The position numbers and the translations under genes are program-made. Below are positions 29,367 to 39,245 of a DNA stretch of 64,000 bases, piece after piece; the stretch's first letter is position 1; every line of letters begins with the position of its first letter. Source of the stretch: Chthonomonadales bacterium (GTDB lineage Bacteria; Armatimonadota; Chthonomonadetes; Chthonomonadales; CAJBBX01); NCBI GenBank assembly GCA_049967475.1, contig JBMFSQ010000003.1:64001-128000 (forward strand). The letters are read 5' to 3'. The notes beneath the pieces are model-generated. The model worked only from the letters and a program-made list of their open reading frames with translations, was not told where the DNA came from and searched no databases.

Positions 29367-30155
29367 GTGAGCGAGCCCATTCTCAGCGGCCGACGCATTC
29401 TGGTTTGCGGAGCTCGGAACAAGTGGTCTATTGCCTGGCACTGCGCGCTGGCCCTCATGAGGGAGGGAGCCCGCACCGCATTCTCGGTGTACAGCGAACG
29501 GGAACGCGATGATGTGCGGAAGCTTCTGGAGGCTGAGGGTGCCGCCGACGCTCCCATCTACGTTTGCGACGCCACGAAGGATGAGGAAGTGTGTCGCATG
29601 TTCGAGGACGTTTCGGATGCCTTTGGCGGGCAATTAGACGGATTGGTACACGCCATCGCATTCGCCAAGCGCGAGGAACTTCAGGGAGAGTATATCAATA
29701 CATCTCAAGAAGGTTTCTCAATTGCCATGACCAGCAGCGTCTATACGCTGGTCTCTCTGGCGCGGGGGGCGCGGGAACTCATGAAGGCTGCCGGCGGCGG
29801 ATGCATCGTCACGCTCACGTATCTAGGGAGTGAGAAGGTGGTTCCCGGCTACAACGTGATGGGGGTGGCAAAGGCAGCCCTCGAGGCCAGCGTTCGCTAC
29901 CTGGCAGCCGACGTTGGCGGCGAGAATATCCGCGTCAATGCGGTGTCTGCGGGACCCATCAAGACGCTCGCAGCCAGCGGCATCGCCGGGCTCTCTTCTA
30001 TGCTGAAGCATGTAGCGGAGCACGCTCCATTGAAGCGCGGCGTGTCTGCGGACGAGGTTGCCGATGCGGTTACCTTCCTCATGAGCCCCTTGGCCCGCGG
30101 TATCACCGGAGAGGTGCTGTACGTGGATGCCGGGTACCATATCATGGGGATGTAA
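29367..30155 (+). CDS. fabI: Enoyl-ACP reductase
   Basis: SIAW, VHAIAFA, YNVMGVAKAALEASVRYLA, SAGPIKTLAA; GTG start after GGAGG. Confidence 0.93.
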   Translation: MSEPILSGRRILVCGARNKWSIAWHCALALMREGARTAFSVYSERERDDVRKLLEAEGAADAPIYVCDATKDEEVCRMFEDVSDAFGGQLDGLVHAIAFAKREELQGEYINTSQEGFSIAMTSSVYTLVSLARGARELMKAAGGGCIVTLTYLGSEKVVPGYNVMGVAKAALEASVRYLAADVGGENIRVNAVSAGPIKTLAASGIAGLSSMLKHVAEHAPLKRGVSADEVADAVTFLMSPLARGITGEVLYVDAGYHIMGM

Positions 30156-30156
30156 C

Positions 30157-30714
30157 ATGAGACCGACACGGGAGGATGCCTGGAAGCTCCTTACTGAGTT
30201 CACCCAGAGCGAAAGCTTGTTGAAGCATGGTCTGGCTGTGGAGGCTGCCATGGTGGGCTATGCCAGGCGTTTTGGCCAGGACGAGGAGCTTTGGGGTATC
30301 ACCGGCCTCATCCACGACTTCGACTATGAACGCTGGCCCTCGGCGCCAGATCATCCACTGAAGGGCATGGCGATCCTCCGGGAGAGGGGTTGGCCCGATG
30401 AGGTGATCCGGGCAATCGGAGGCCACGCGTCCTATACAGGCATCCCACGGGACACGCTCCTGGCAAAAACGTTGTTTGCCGTTGACGAGCTTTGCGGATT
30501 CATCATGGCCGTGGCGTATGTGCGCCCGTCGCGCAAGCTCGAGGATGTGCAGGTGTCCTCGGTGCGCAAGAAGATGAAGGACAAAGCCTTCGCACGGCAG
30601 GTGTCCCGCGAGGAAATCGTCCAAGGGGCCCAGGAGCTCGGCGTGGATTTGGACGAGCACATTGCCCAGTGCATCGCTGGGATGCGTGACGTCTCGGCCG
30701 CTCTGGGCCTTTGA
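30157..30714 (+). CDS. HD-domain (HDIG-like) phosphohydrolase
   Basis: LLKH.LAVEA, GLIHDFDYE, AVDELCG, KMKDKAFA. Confidence 0.85.
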   Translation: MRPTREDAWKLLTEFTQSESLLKHGLAVEAAMVGYARRFGQDEELWGITGLIHDFDYERWPSAPDHPLKGMAILRERGWPDEVIRAIGGHASYTGIPRDTLLAKTLFAVDELCGFIMAVAYVRPSRKLEDVQVSSVRKKMKDKAFARQVSREEIVQGAQELGVDLDEHIAQCIAGMRDVSAALGL

Positions 30715-30974
30715 AGGTCCGGGGGGCGCTGATGATCGGGACTATTGCGAAGTGTGTCTACTTGGCGGGCGGCGCGGCGATAACGTGCTGGCTGGCGGTT
30801 GTGGTACGCCGGAGTTGGAAGCGCCTCGACGAACGTATTGCAGCGTTCCGTGCAGAGCAGGAAGCAAATCAGGGAGCGCCCCTGAATCCGTATCTGGCTC
30901 TTGCAGAATTGTACGCGGAAGCCCAGGCCGCCGATCGCAGGGCAAAGGCGCGCAAAAACCCCCGGAGGGGCTAA
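30711..30974 (+). CDS. Small membrane protein
   Basis: One TM helix; TTGA overlap with the upstream stop; start uncertain. Confidence 0.55.
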   Translation: MKVRGALMIGTIAKCVYLAGGAAITCWLAVVVRRSWKRLDERIAAFRAEQEANQGAPLNPYLALAELYAEAQAADRRAKARKNPRRG

Positions 30975-31018
30975 GCACAGGAGCTTGCCTCCTTGCCGGG
31001 GGCGGTGGCCGCAGGGCG

Positions 31019-31303
31019 TTACTCTGCTAGATCGTCTGCTTCGTCCAGCAGGTCTGCATCCTCTTCCACGTCGTCTTCCAACGCGATGGGCGTTTCATCC
31101 AGATCTTCCACGACATCATCCGCATGAGCGAGCACCCGATGCGGATCCAGTTCCACCATTCCCGGTGGGCGCGGATGCCGCTGCCTGCACTCGTCGCACT
31201 GGAACTTCACTTTGGCGGTGGAGAGCCAGGATGGTATGGAGGGGATGGGTTTGCCGCATTCAAAGCAGGTAACTTCGTTAATCGCTAGATCTTCAAGGCT
31301 CAT
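31019..31303 (-). CDS. Small zinc-ribbon protein with acidic tail
   Basis: CFEC...CDEC; D/E-rich C-terminus; GGAAGG upstream of ATG 31303. Confidence 0.7.
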   Translation of the reverse strand: MSLEDLAINEVTCFECGKPIPSIPSWLSTAKVKFQCDECRQRHPRPPGMVELDPHRVLAHADDVVEDLDETPIALEDDVEEDADLLDEADDLAE

Positions 31304-31322
31304 ACGCACACCTTCCATTGGG

Positions 31323-31616
31323 TCAGGGCTCCCGGCGCTTGACCGGCGCCGGCCCGGAGGCTTTGTTGGGGGTCGAGCCTGTGTCGGCTGTGGCTGCTCG
31401 TGTTGCCCGGATTTCGTGCCGGCGAGCATTCCAGATGGACACGGCTCCGTTCACGAGCATTAGGATCGCCGCCGCCAGATATTCCAGCCACGCATACGTG
31501 TTGGTGGGCTGCCCCGGTTCCGTCAGGAGCGCATTGCCCTTCACCATGCCGGCAATGCTGATGAAAAGCAGAATAATGCCGATGAGAATGAACCCGTTAA
31601 GATAGCGCAAAGACAC
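31323..31616 (-). CDS. Small two-TM membrane protein
   Basis: Two hydrophobic helices; co-directional with the operon. Confidence 0.65.
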   Translation of the reverse strand: MSLRYLNGFILIGIILLFISIAGMVKGNALLTEPGQPTNTYAWLEYLAAAILMLVNGAVSIWNARRHEIRATRAATADTGSTPNKASGPAPVKRREP

Positions 31617-31682
31617 GCATCACCCCAAATCCAAAGGCTGGAACCGTTTATTGTAGCCGCAAAGCGCGTGTGTCTGTCAACA

Positions 31683-32909
31683 TCACGGTGACGATCGGTT
31701 GCTCTGGGCGCTTTCTTCGGCTTCGCGGAGCATCTGAGCGGCATATTGCCTCCATTCGGACGCGGGGTAATCCTCGAGGAACTCCCGCAGTCCATCCGCA
31801 GCGCGGTGGTGTGCGTGGAGCCTCCGGAGGAGCAACACACAGGCACGGAGCGCGGCTGCATCGGAGTTCCAGTGTTTGGCGGCTCGTTGCAGGAGCGCAA
31901 CGGCCTGTTCGGTGGCGCCTAGCTCTTCCAGTCCCGAGGCTACAAAAAGGGCTTCTTCATGCGTCAGGCCAAGATCATCACCCGGCAATTGTTCCTGTAT
32001 CGTGCAGAAAGTCTCGGCAGCGGCTTGACGGTTCCCATTGCGCATCCATCCGGCGACGGCGCTACGGTAATGTTCCGCACACTGCTCCCGGTCCCCAGCC
32101 ACTGCCCAGAGGAGGGCAATCTGCGCGTGCGCCTGGACGTCGGAAGGGCGCTTGGCAAGGACTTCCTCCCAGCGGCGCAGGGCCGACATAGGCGTTCCGT
32201 CGGAGGCAATCTTTGCAGCGTCGGCGCGGAGGTATGCGGTTTGGCCGTGTGATGGCATTCCAGTCGCGCGCGCCCAGAGGATGCCGAGAATGAAGCCCGC
32301 GACATGCCCGGAATGTGCCGCCCAACTCCCGGCAGCCGCCGACGCCGGACGGACCATCTGCAGCCCTGCAGCTACGACTTCTGCTGCGACGGCGCCGGCC
32401 AAAAGTGCAGCGGCAGGTATCCGCACAGGAAGGCCGATGAAGCGAATGGAAGCTCGGTAGTATCGAACTGCGAACGCACCAACCAGGGCCGCTGCCGCTC
32501 CTGAAGCGCCGATGATGGGCATCTCGGCTGCTGCAGTTCCGGCGATCCTGGCTGCTGCCGCTTGAGCAAGGCCGGAGCCGACGGCCGCTAATCCATAAAG
32601 CAAGAGAAAGCGCTGCCAGCCCACGTCCTCCTCCACGGGCCCGCCGAATACCCAAACGAACAGCATGTTCGCCGAAAGGTGGAACACATCTTCGTGCAGG
32701 AGGCAGTAGGTGAGAACGGTTTGGATGCGGGGCGATGCAGGTACAAGGCTCAACGCAGCAAACCACTGTGTAGGGAGCTCCGGACCTCGCGTCAGGGTAA
32801 CGGCGGCGATGATGCCGAATACGGTAAAGTTCGCAAGAATAAGCGCCACGGTCGCCAGCGGCGGCTGTGTGGAGCGAGCATCCGTTGCGTAGGGAAGCAG
32901 CATCGCCAA
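31683..32909 (-). CDS. Rhomboid intramembrane serine protease with TPR-like C-terminal domain
   Basis: LH..VFHLSANM, IGASGA (catalytic Ser), AH.GHVAGF (catalytic His); helical C-terminal domain. Confidence 0.87.
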   Translation of the reverse strand: MAMLLPYATDARSTQPPLATVALILANFTVFGIIAAVTLTRGPELPTQWFAALSLVPASPRIQTVLTYCLLHEDVFHLSANMLFVWVFGGPVEEDVGWQRFLLLYGLAAVGSGLAQAAAARIAGTAAAEMPIIGASGAAAALVGAFAVRYYRASIRFIGLPVRIPAAALLAGAVAAEVVAAGLQMVRPASAAAGSWAAHSGHVAGFILGILWARATGMPSHGQTAYLRADAAKIASDGTPMSALRRWEEVLAKRPSDVQAHAQIALLWAVAGDREQCAEHYRSAVAGWMRNGNRQAAAETFCTIQEQLPGDDLGLTHEEALFVASGLEELGATEQAVALLQRAAKHWNSDAAALRACVLLLRRLHAHHRAADGLREFLEDYPASEWRQYAAQMLREAEESAQSNRSSP

Positions 32910-32929
32910 AAGAGAAAGGCGTTCGAGTG

Positions 32930-33952
32930 CTAAAGGGAAGCCATGCCCTGGTACGCTGCCACAAGGCGATCCACCAGCCCTTTGATCAGCTCATCCGCAG
33001 AGACGCCCTCGGCCTCGCCCTCGAAGTTCAGGATGATGCGGTGCCTCAACGCGGGCTGGGCTGCTTCGGTAACGTCTTCCACGGCGGCATTGAACCGTCC
33101 GGCGATCAGGCTGCGCATCTTGGCGGCGAGCACGAGGGCTTGGGCACCCCTTGGGCTCGATCCGTAACGTACGTATCGTTTTACCGCTTCGGGAGCGATT
33201 TCCGCATCCGGGTGGGTCCCGCGCACCAAACTGAGAGCGTATTCCATCACGTGGGATGCCACCGGAACGCGCCGTGCGAGTTGCCTCATCCGCAAGATAG
33301 CGGCACCATCTGCCACGGGGTGCGCGTGTTGCTCTTGGGTACCCGTCGTACGTTCAACGATCGCCCTCAGCTCTTCTATGCCTGGCGAACGGACAATCAG
33401 CTTGAAGAAGAAGCGGTCCAGCTGGGCTTCCGGGAGGGGATAAGTGCCTTCCATCTCGATGGGGTTCTGCGTCGCCATCACGAAGAAGGGTTCTTGCAGG
33501 GGGCGGCGCACCCCGGCAGCAGTGACGGCGTGCTCTTGCATCGCCTCGAGCATCGCGGACTGGGTTTTGGGGGTTGCCCGGTTGATCTCGTCCGCCAGAA
33601 TAATCTGCGCAAATACCGGACCCGGCTGGAAGCGGAATTCCTTTCCGCCCCCGGGCACCTCCACTAAGATGTTGGTTCCGCAAATGTCCGCAGGCATAAG
33701 GTCCGGAGTAAATTGGATGCGCGAGAAGGTAAGGTTCACGGCCTCTGCCAGCGTGCGCACCAGGAGCGTTTTGCCCAATCCCGGCACGCCTTCCAGCAAT
33801 GCGTGGCCGCCGGCAACCAGGCACGTGAGGACACCCTCGATCACGTCCTCATGCCCCACGATCACCTTCCGGATCTGCTCGCGTATCGCGTGGTAGCTCC
33901 GGCGGAACTCCTCGACCTCGTTTTCGATCTCCTGCAGGTCCTGGTCAGTCAA
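32930..33952 (-). CDS. moxR: MoxR-family AAA+ ATPase
   Basis: LEGVPGLGKT, RIQFTPDLMPAD, LADEINRA.PKTQSA.LEAMQE, ATQNPIE.EGTYPLPEAQLDRF; TTG start after GGAGG. Confidence 0.93.
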   Translation of the reverse strand: MTDQDLQEIENEVEEFRRSYHAIREQIRKVIVGHEDVIEGVLTCLVAGGHALLEGVPGLGKTLLVRTLAEAVNLTFSRIQFTPDLMPADICGTNILVEVPGGGKEFRFQPGPVFAQIILADEINRATPKTQSAMLEAMQEHAVTAAGVRRPLQEPFFVMATQNPIEMEGTYPLPEAQLDRFFFKLIVRSPGIEELRAIVERTTGTQEQHAHPVADGAAILRMRQLARRVPVASHVMEYALSLVRGTHPDAEIAPEAVKRYVRYGSSPRGAQALVLAAKMRSLIAGRFNAAVEDVTEAAQPALRHRIILNFEGEAEGVSADELIKGLVDRLVAAYQGMASL

Positions 33953-33995
33953 AGGCTGTGTCCTCCATGGATTGGGGCTTTCCGGTGACGGTGCG

Positions 33996-35672
33996 TCATG
34001 GCCGGATGCGCTCGAAGTAATCGCGAACGATGTGCTGCATTTCGGGTGGAATGTTCTCCCGTGACACCGCCCGTTCGGCAGCACGCTTCTGCTCCTGATA
34101 AACCTGGTAGTAGGGCGTCCCTGCGCGGACGCCCGCATTGGGATCGCCTGTTATCTGTTGTACGAGTTCCGTGTCGTTGGCGTTGAGCTGTCCTTTTACG
34201 AGTGCGTTAGGCAGGTGCTTCGGCGGAGGCGCCCATTGAGCGGCATATCGAGCGAACGTCTTTGCCGCCTGTGTCCGCGTGCTTGCCCGCCCGCCTTTGC
34301 CCATGAGCGTAAGGCGCGGTCGGGCGCGGGGGGTGGCAGCCATGGGATTGGTCTTGACGCCGTGTCCTCCCCAAAGCATACCGGCCCCACCGCCGCCGGC
34401 TACGAGGCGCATACGGCCGGATTTGAGCGCTTCGATGAGCGCGGCAAGCGCCTCCGCATCCAGCGAAGGCCTTCCACAGCTCAGTCAAGTGCCTCCAGCT
34501 TGGCGCATCATCTCGGCCAAACGTTGAAGGGTGCGGGGATCCAGCTTCATGCGTTCCATGAGTTTGGCAATCTCAGCGAGCTGCCCGGCAAGTTGCCGAA
34601 GCTGCGTGTCGCTGAGGGCTTGGCTGATTTGTTGAAGTTGGCGCTGAAGGCGTGCGATGGACGCAGCCGAGAGTTGACCGCTCTGTGTCAGATCCGCCAA
34701 GCGCTGCAGAGCTTCGTTTTGGGCCCGGGCGTCGCCGCTTCTGAGAGCTTGAAAGAAGCTCTGCATCAGCCTCTCGGCAGAGGCATCGGCTGGATTGGTT
34801 CTGCCGGAACGCGCAGCCGCCTGTTCCATCTGCCTGCGGGCGAAGGTGCGTGCGAGGTCATCCATCCGTTTCCGCACCGCGGGTGAAGCGGAACCGGCGG
34901 CCCGGGCCAACATATCCTGACGCCTGCTGAGGCGATCCGTGAGCTTCTGAAGGGAGATGAGAGATTGCTTCTTGTCCAGGCTTCCGCGCTTCATCGCTTC
35001 GGCAAGCCTCCGCGCTTCAAGGGCGGCTGTGCGCGTTTCTGCCAATCGGTTACGCGCGGCAGACTGCTCGGCCTGGCGCGCGAGGCGTTCAATGCGCCTC
35101 CCTTCGTTGCGCACCTCGGCTGCTTCCTTCTTCTGCTGGGCGGACCAGAAGACGGGCAGGCTCGGCAGAAACATTGCCGCAACAGCGATGATTGCAAGCA
35201 CGAGGGCTGCGATGCCTTCCTTCGGAACCACAATGGGATAGAGAGTTTTGAGATCGAGTGCGGCTGCTGAAGCTGCGGCGTCGGCTACTTGGCGCAAGAC
35301 CAGGGGGTCCTGCTGCTCCCGGCTCCCGAACTCAACAGCCGAGGCGAGCCGGTCTCCGGTTCGGCCGCGCACGTCCAAGAGCCAGGCTACGCGGAAGCTG
35401 GTCAGGGGCGTTGCGAAAGCGAAGGCCAGTCCGGCTGCCATTGCCGACGCAGCGAGGAGCGTCAGAGGCGTTACCGCCGGTTCATGGACGAGGCGCAAAT
35501 GCGCCGCAATAATCCAAACCAGGCTCACGCATGCGGTCCATACTAGGAAGCGGCTTACCCAGCGCAGGCTCATCAAGACGCGGAGGCGGCGCCTGGCCGC
35601 CCGGATGGTTGCGCTCAGTTCGGGATGAACCCTCATGGTTTGTTGCTCCCTGGACGACATGCGGCACCTCAC
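33996..35672 (-). CDS. MoxR-associated membrane-anchored coiled-coil protein (558 aa if read through) with in-frame TGA at 34485-34487; candidate selenoprotein
   Basis: ORFs 34485-35672 and 33996-34412 share a frame and have no other stop between them: QAGGT-(TGA)-LSCGRPSLDAEALAALIEALKSGR-M. N-terminal TM helices, coiled coil, Gly-rich linker, terminal ENIPPEMQHIVRDYF. Confidence 0.75.
34436..34483 (-). promoter_or_regulatory. Putative bacterial SECIS stem-loop immediately 3' of the in-frame UGA
   Basis: UGAGC(U)GUGG AAG GCCUUCGC [UGGAU] GCGGAGGC (G) CUU (G) CCGC GCUCA: 20 bp with three single-nt bulges; loop starts 23 nt after UGA with G at its second position. Confidence 0.65.
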
Positions 35673-37372
35673 GCAGGCTCAGGCGGCTTGCCTCCCCTCC
35701 GAAGGGTGGCCACTCCGGCTCGTTCAATAACCAGCGGCAGGAAGCCCAAGGCAAAAATCGAGATCACCGTCCAGCCGAGTACGCAGCAAATCCAAGACGG
35801 CGGATTGCCGGGAATGAGGTTCAATTGTTGCAGGAGGCGTCCCTTGGTTTGCGCATCCAGCAATACGACCAACGGGTTGAGATAATAGAGAACGGCTGCC
35901 GGCGAACTTGACGGCGTGCTGGACGTGTACATCGCCTTCACTTGCCATGCAAACGGCAAAGCAGCCATCAGCCCGGTAACGCCGTACAGAAGAAGCATCG
36001 AGGTCCATCGGTTTTTCACGAGAGCCGACAGAAGTATCCCTATACACCAGATGCCGAAAATCGCAGCAGCGCACGCGGCGGTTGTTTGCAGACCCACCGA
36101 CGCCGCCCCATACAGAGATCGTGAGGCCGTTGCGCCGCTCGCCATGAACGCCCCGCTGACCACAAACAGCAGCAGTTCCCCTGCCAGCAACAGAAGGAGA
36201 TACGGAAGCGCGGATGAGACGTTCCCCGCCTTGAGGCCGGCCCATCGCCACCCCTCTGAGAAGTACCGCTTCAGATTGCGGGAACGAACCAGTGGGATTT
36301 CTCCTGTGGCAAACATCGGCGCGAAGAAGAGCAGCGCTCCAAGGGGAAAGAAGAACATAAGGGGCAATGCTCGCAGGCCGGGTGCGAGCGTGCCTGCAAC
36401 CGTGCCGCCTGTGCCTCCAAGCCCAAAGAAGAGTGCGGACACGTACCACAAGAGGGCGGATACGAGGCTCCTCAACAGACAAGCCTTTCGTTCCGGATAA
36501 AGCTCTAGGCGTGCCGCGGCGACAGCAGCCAGAGTGGCCACGACGAGGCCGTGCATGGCGATCGCCAAAACCCACCAGGGCACTGCCATGCCATAGAAGG
36601 TGAGGGACTGGCCGATCGGAAGGGCGCCCGGCGGCCCGAATGTCCCGGCTAGTCCGGAAAGATACCCGAGCAGTGTAGGGAGCGCAGTTGATAGAGGGAC
36701 GAAGACGCTGGTGTAAACAACCGTCGAGCCGCCGCTCGGCCCACTCATGGCGGTGCTTGCCAGCCACAGAATCAATCCCAGAACGAGCAAGGGCGCCAAG
36801 AGGGTTGCATAGGTATAAACGATCGCTGCTGAGGTATTTCTTGCAACGGAGGACCAAGCCAGAGCAAGCGCTGCCAGATCCAGCCCATACAGGAGCAGGT
36901 TCAGATAATCGCGAGCCACCATCCCGGCATCCACACCGCCCAAAAGGAAGCACAAGGACACCAGGGGCAGGGACGCCGACAAAAGCAGCATGAGGAAGCC
37001 CGCGGCCGAAAGCAGCTTTCCCATCACGATATGAACCCGAGGAATGGGCGTTACGGCAAGCAGATCCATCGTGCGCTGCTCTCGTTCCACAGTAAGAGAG
37101 GCTGCTGTAACGGCGGGAGCGATGAATACGACGAGGAACGCCTGAACCCCGATAAGCATCTGATAGAACCAAACGCCTAACGATCCGACCTCGGAGAAGC
37201 CCCCACTCACGCGGGCAGAAGTCCACCAACCCAAGTATGAAAGAAACAGGACACTGGAAAGCACTACCAGATAACCCGCCAGCGCCCAATAGGCTCTGGA
37301 GCCGCGCATCCGCGTGCGCAGCTCCCGTATGAGCACCGGGTTGTCAGCCCAAACGCGCGCTACGCCGTTCAT
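35669..37372 (-). CDS. ABC-2-type permease-like membrane protein (extended)
   Basis: NPVLIRELRTRMRG, PAVTAASLTVEREQRTMDLL..TP...IVMGKL; more than 12 TM segments. Confidence 0.85.
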   Translation of the reverse strand: MNGVARVWADNPVLIRELRTRMRGSRAYWALAGYLVVLSSVLFLSYLGWWTSARVSGGFSEVGSLGVWFYQMLIGVQAFLVVFIAPAVTAASLTVEREQRTMDLLAVTPIPRVHIVMGKLLSAAGFLMLLLSASLPLVSLCFLLGGVDAGMVARDYLNLLLYGLDLAALALAWSSVARNTSAAIVYTYATLLAPLLVLGLILWLASTAMSGPSGGSTVVYTSVFVPLSTALPTLLGYLSGLAGTFGPPGALPIGQSLTFYGMAVPWWVLAIAMHGLVVATLAAVAAARLELYPERKACLLRSLVSALLWYVSALFFGLGGTGGTVAGTLAPGLRALPLMFFFPLGALLFFAPMFATGEIPLVRSRNLKRYFSEGWRWAGLKAGNVSSALPYLLLLLAGELLLFVVSGAFMASGATASRSLYGAASVGLQTTAACAAAIFGIWCIGILLSALVKNRWTSMLLLYGVTGLMAALPFAWQVKAMYTSSTPSSSPAAVLYYLNPLVVLLDAQTKGRLLQQLNLIPGNPPSWICCVLGWTVISIFALGFLPLVIERAGVATLRRGGKPPEPA

Positions 37373-38344
37373 TCAGGACACCACTCCCTTGGTGACACGC
37401 ATAAACACGTCCTCCAGATCGGCGCTCCGTGCCGCGAAGGACAGCACCTTGATCTCGTTCATCACCAGCGCCTGAAGCACGGCCCACTCGCCATTCGGCG
37501 GACCTGCGTAATTGAGGGTGATGACGCCGTCGCCTTCATGGTGGGCTTCGCCGACGTCGGGCAGGGCCGTGAGGATTTCCATCGCCCGGTCCACGCGGCT
37601 GTGGCCGTCGGCTTGGGAGTTCGCCGCCTCATCGAGAATGCGCAAATCCAGCGTCTGGTGCCCGGCGAGACGCCGCATGATCTCGTCTACGGCTCCGAAG
37701 AGAAGCAGCTCCCCTCTTTCGATTATGCCGATCTTGTTGCAGAAGTCTGCAAGTTCCGGGAGAATGTGGGAAGACACGAGGATCGTCTTGCCCATGTTCC
37801 GCAATTCCTTAAGAAGTTCCTTGATCTCGATGCGGGCCCGCGGGTCCAGCCCCGATGCCGGCTCGTCCAGCAGGAGCACGGCCGGGTCGTGAATGAGTGT
37901 CTTGGCAAGGCACAGCCGCTGCTTCATCCCTCGGGAAAGCGCTTCTACGTACGCCTCCCTCTTGTTTTGGAGGTCCGTGAGGGCAAGGACGTCGTCTATG
38001 GCGCGCGGCCGCTTCTCTTTGGGGATGCGGTAAGCAGCAGCAAAGAAGTCGAGGTATTCCCACACTTTGATGTCGTCATATACTCCGAAGAAGTCGGGCA
38101 TGTATCCGATCACGGTGCGGACGGCTTCCGGGTCACCGACGATATCGTGGCCGAGAATGCGCGCCGTGCCCGACGAAGGTACGAGCAGGGTAGCCAGCAT
38201 CCGGATGGTAGTGGTCTTTCCTGCTCCATTGGGCCCGATGAACCCGCAGATGTCGCCAGGCTCCAGAGTGAACGTAAGGTCGCGCACGGCCACAAGGTCC
38301 TTATAGCGCTTTGTAAGATGAACAATTTCTAGTGCCGGAGGCAT
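37373..38344 (-). CDS. ABC transporter ATP-binding protein
   Basis: GPNGAGKTT, LSRGMKQRL, LLLDEPASGLDP, SSHIL. Confidence 0.95.
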   Translation of the reverse strand: MPPALEIVHLTKRYKDLVAVRDLTFTLEPGDICGFIGPNGAGKTTTIRMLATLLVPSSGTARILGHDIVGDPEAVRTVIGYMPDFFGVYDDIKVWEYLDFFAAAYRIPKEKRPRAIDDVLALTDLQNKREAYVEALSRGMKQRLCLAKTLIHDPAVLLLDEPASGLDPRARIEIKELLKELRNMGKTILVSSHILPELADFCNKIGIIERGELLLFGAVDEIMRRLAGHQTLDLRILDEAANSQADGHSRVDRAMEILTALPDVGEAHHEGDGVITLNYAGPPNGEWAVLQALVMNEIKVLSFAARSADLEDVFMRVTKGVVS

Positions 38345-38454
38345 GGAACCCTCCTTTGGTGCTGGGTGTCGCTCATTCTATTCCGATTGCGGCGGGCGCA
38401 ACCCTCCGGCCGGGAACGGTTCACAGCAGCCCCGGTTCACGCCCCACAGTGAGT

Positions 38455-39243
38455 TCATTGCCCCAGATTGGACTGGCGGCGGAAGCCCAGGATCATCCTG
38501 GCTACGCATGCGGCCCCTACGCCTCCGTAAGCGGCAAGATGAAACAGCAATACGGTTTCGGCAGTCCCCAAATGCGACGGAAGTTGGTAAAGAGCTTCCC
38601 CGGCCCGAAACGGGCTCAGCCACCATATGGGCGTGTCCTGCCAGGCCGCGCCGGATATGGATAGGACGGAGTTGACGGCCGCCACACCGATGATCGGGAG
38701 GAAGGTAATCAGGTACGCCACCGCCGTAGCCACGCGGGAATGGCGGCTGGACCATGAGGCGTACAGACTGGTGGAGATCAAGAAGAAGGCCCAGCACACA
38801 AGAAGTGCCAGCCCGACGATCATCTGGGTCGCCTGAATGTCCGACACCAGCGACGAATAAACGAGGAACGGCAAAAACGCTCCGAAGATCGCGAGCAGAG
38901 GTAGGCTGCGAGCGGCGAGCTTGCCCAGTACGATCTCGTGCGGCGTAAGGGGCGAGCACAGCAGCATATCCCAGGTCTGCTGTTCCCGTTCTTGCGAGAT
39001 GGCGTTGGCTGCCAGTCCTGGTGCAATCGTCCAAATGATCACCGCCTGCAGGACGAACGCCATCCACCAGAAGTCCGTCGCGCCCTTGGGCGCAGAGAAA
39101 GACACGATGTAGGAGATCGCCTCCCAATAGAGCCACGCGATCACTCCGAGGGCCACAAAGCCCATTGCGGCGAGCGTCCTCGGGTGCTGGCGCCCACGGA
39201 ATTTGGATCGGAGCTCCTTAACGAAGACGGGGTTTTCCCACAT
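38455..39243 (-). CDS. ABC-2-type permease-like membrane protein
   Basis: NPVFVKELRS, AISQEREQQTWDMLL.SPL...IVLGKL; 6 TM segments. Confidence 0.87.
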   Translation of the reverse strand: MWENPVFVKELRSKFRGRQHPRTLAAMGFVALGVIAWLYWEAISYIVSFSAPKGATDFWWMAFVLQAVIIWTIAPGLAANAISQEREQQTWDMLLCSPLTPHEIVLGKLAARSLPLLAIFGAFLPFLVYSSLVSDIQATQMIVGLALLVCWAFFLISTSLYASWSSRHSRVATAVAYLITFLPIIGVAAVNSVLSISGAAWQDTPIWWLSPFRAGEALYQLPSHLGTAETVLLFHLAAYGGVGAACVARMILGFRRQSNLGQ

Positions 39244-39245
39244 GG

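Noticed and set aside
34485..34487. Genome-wide TGA reassignment (genetic code 4 or 25) as the explanation of the in-frame TGA
   Set aside because: Many genes here end at TGA at their expected C-termini with GTGA/TGATG coupling (sbcD, moaC, the amidohydrolase), so TGA is a normal stop.
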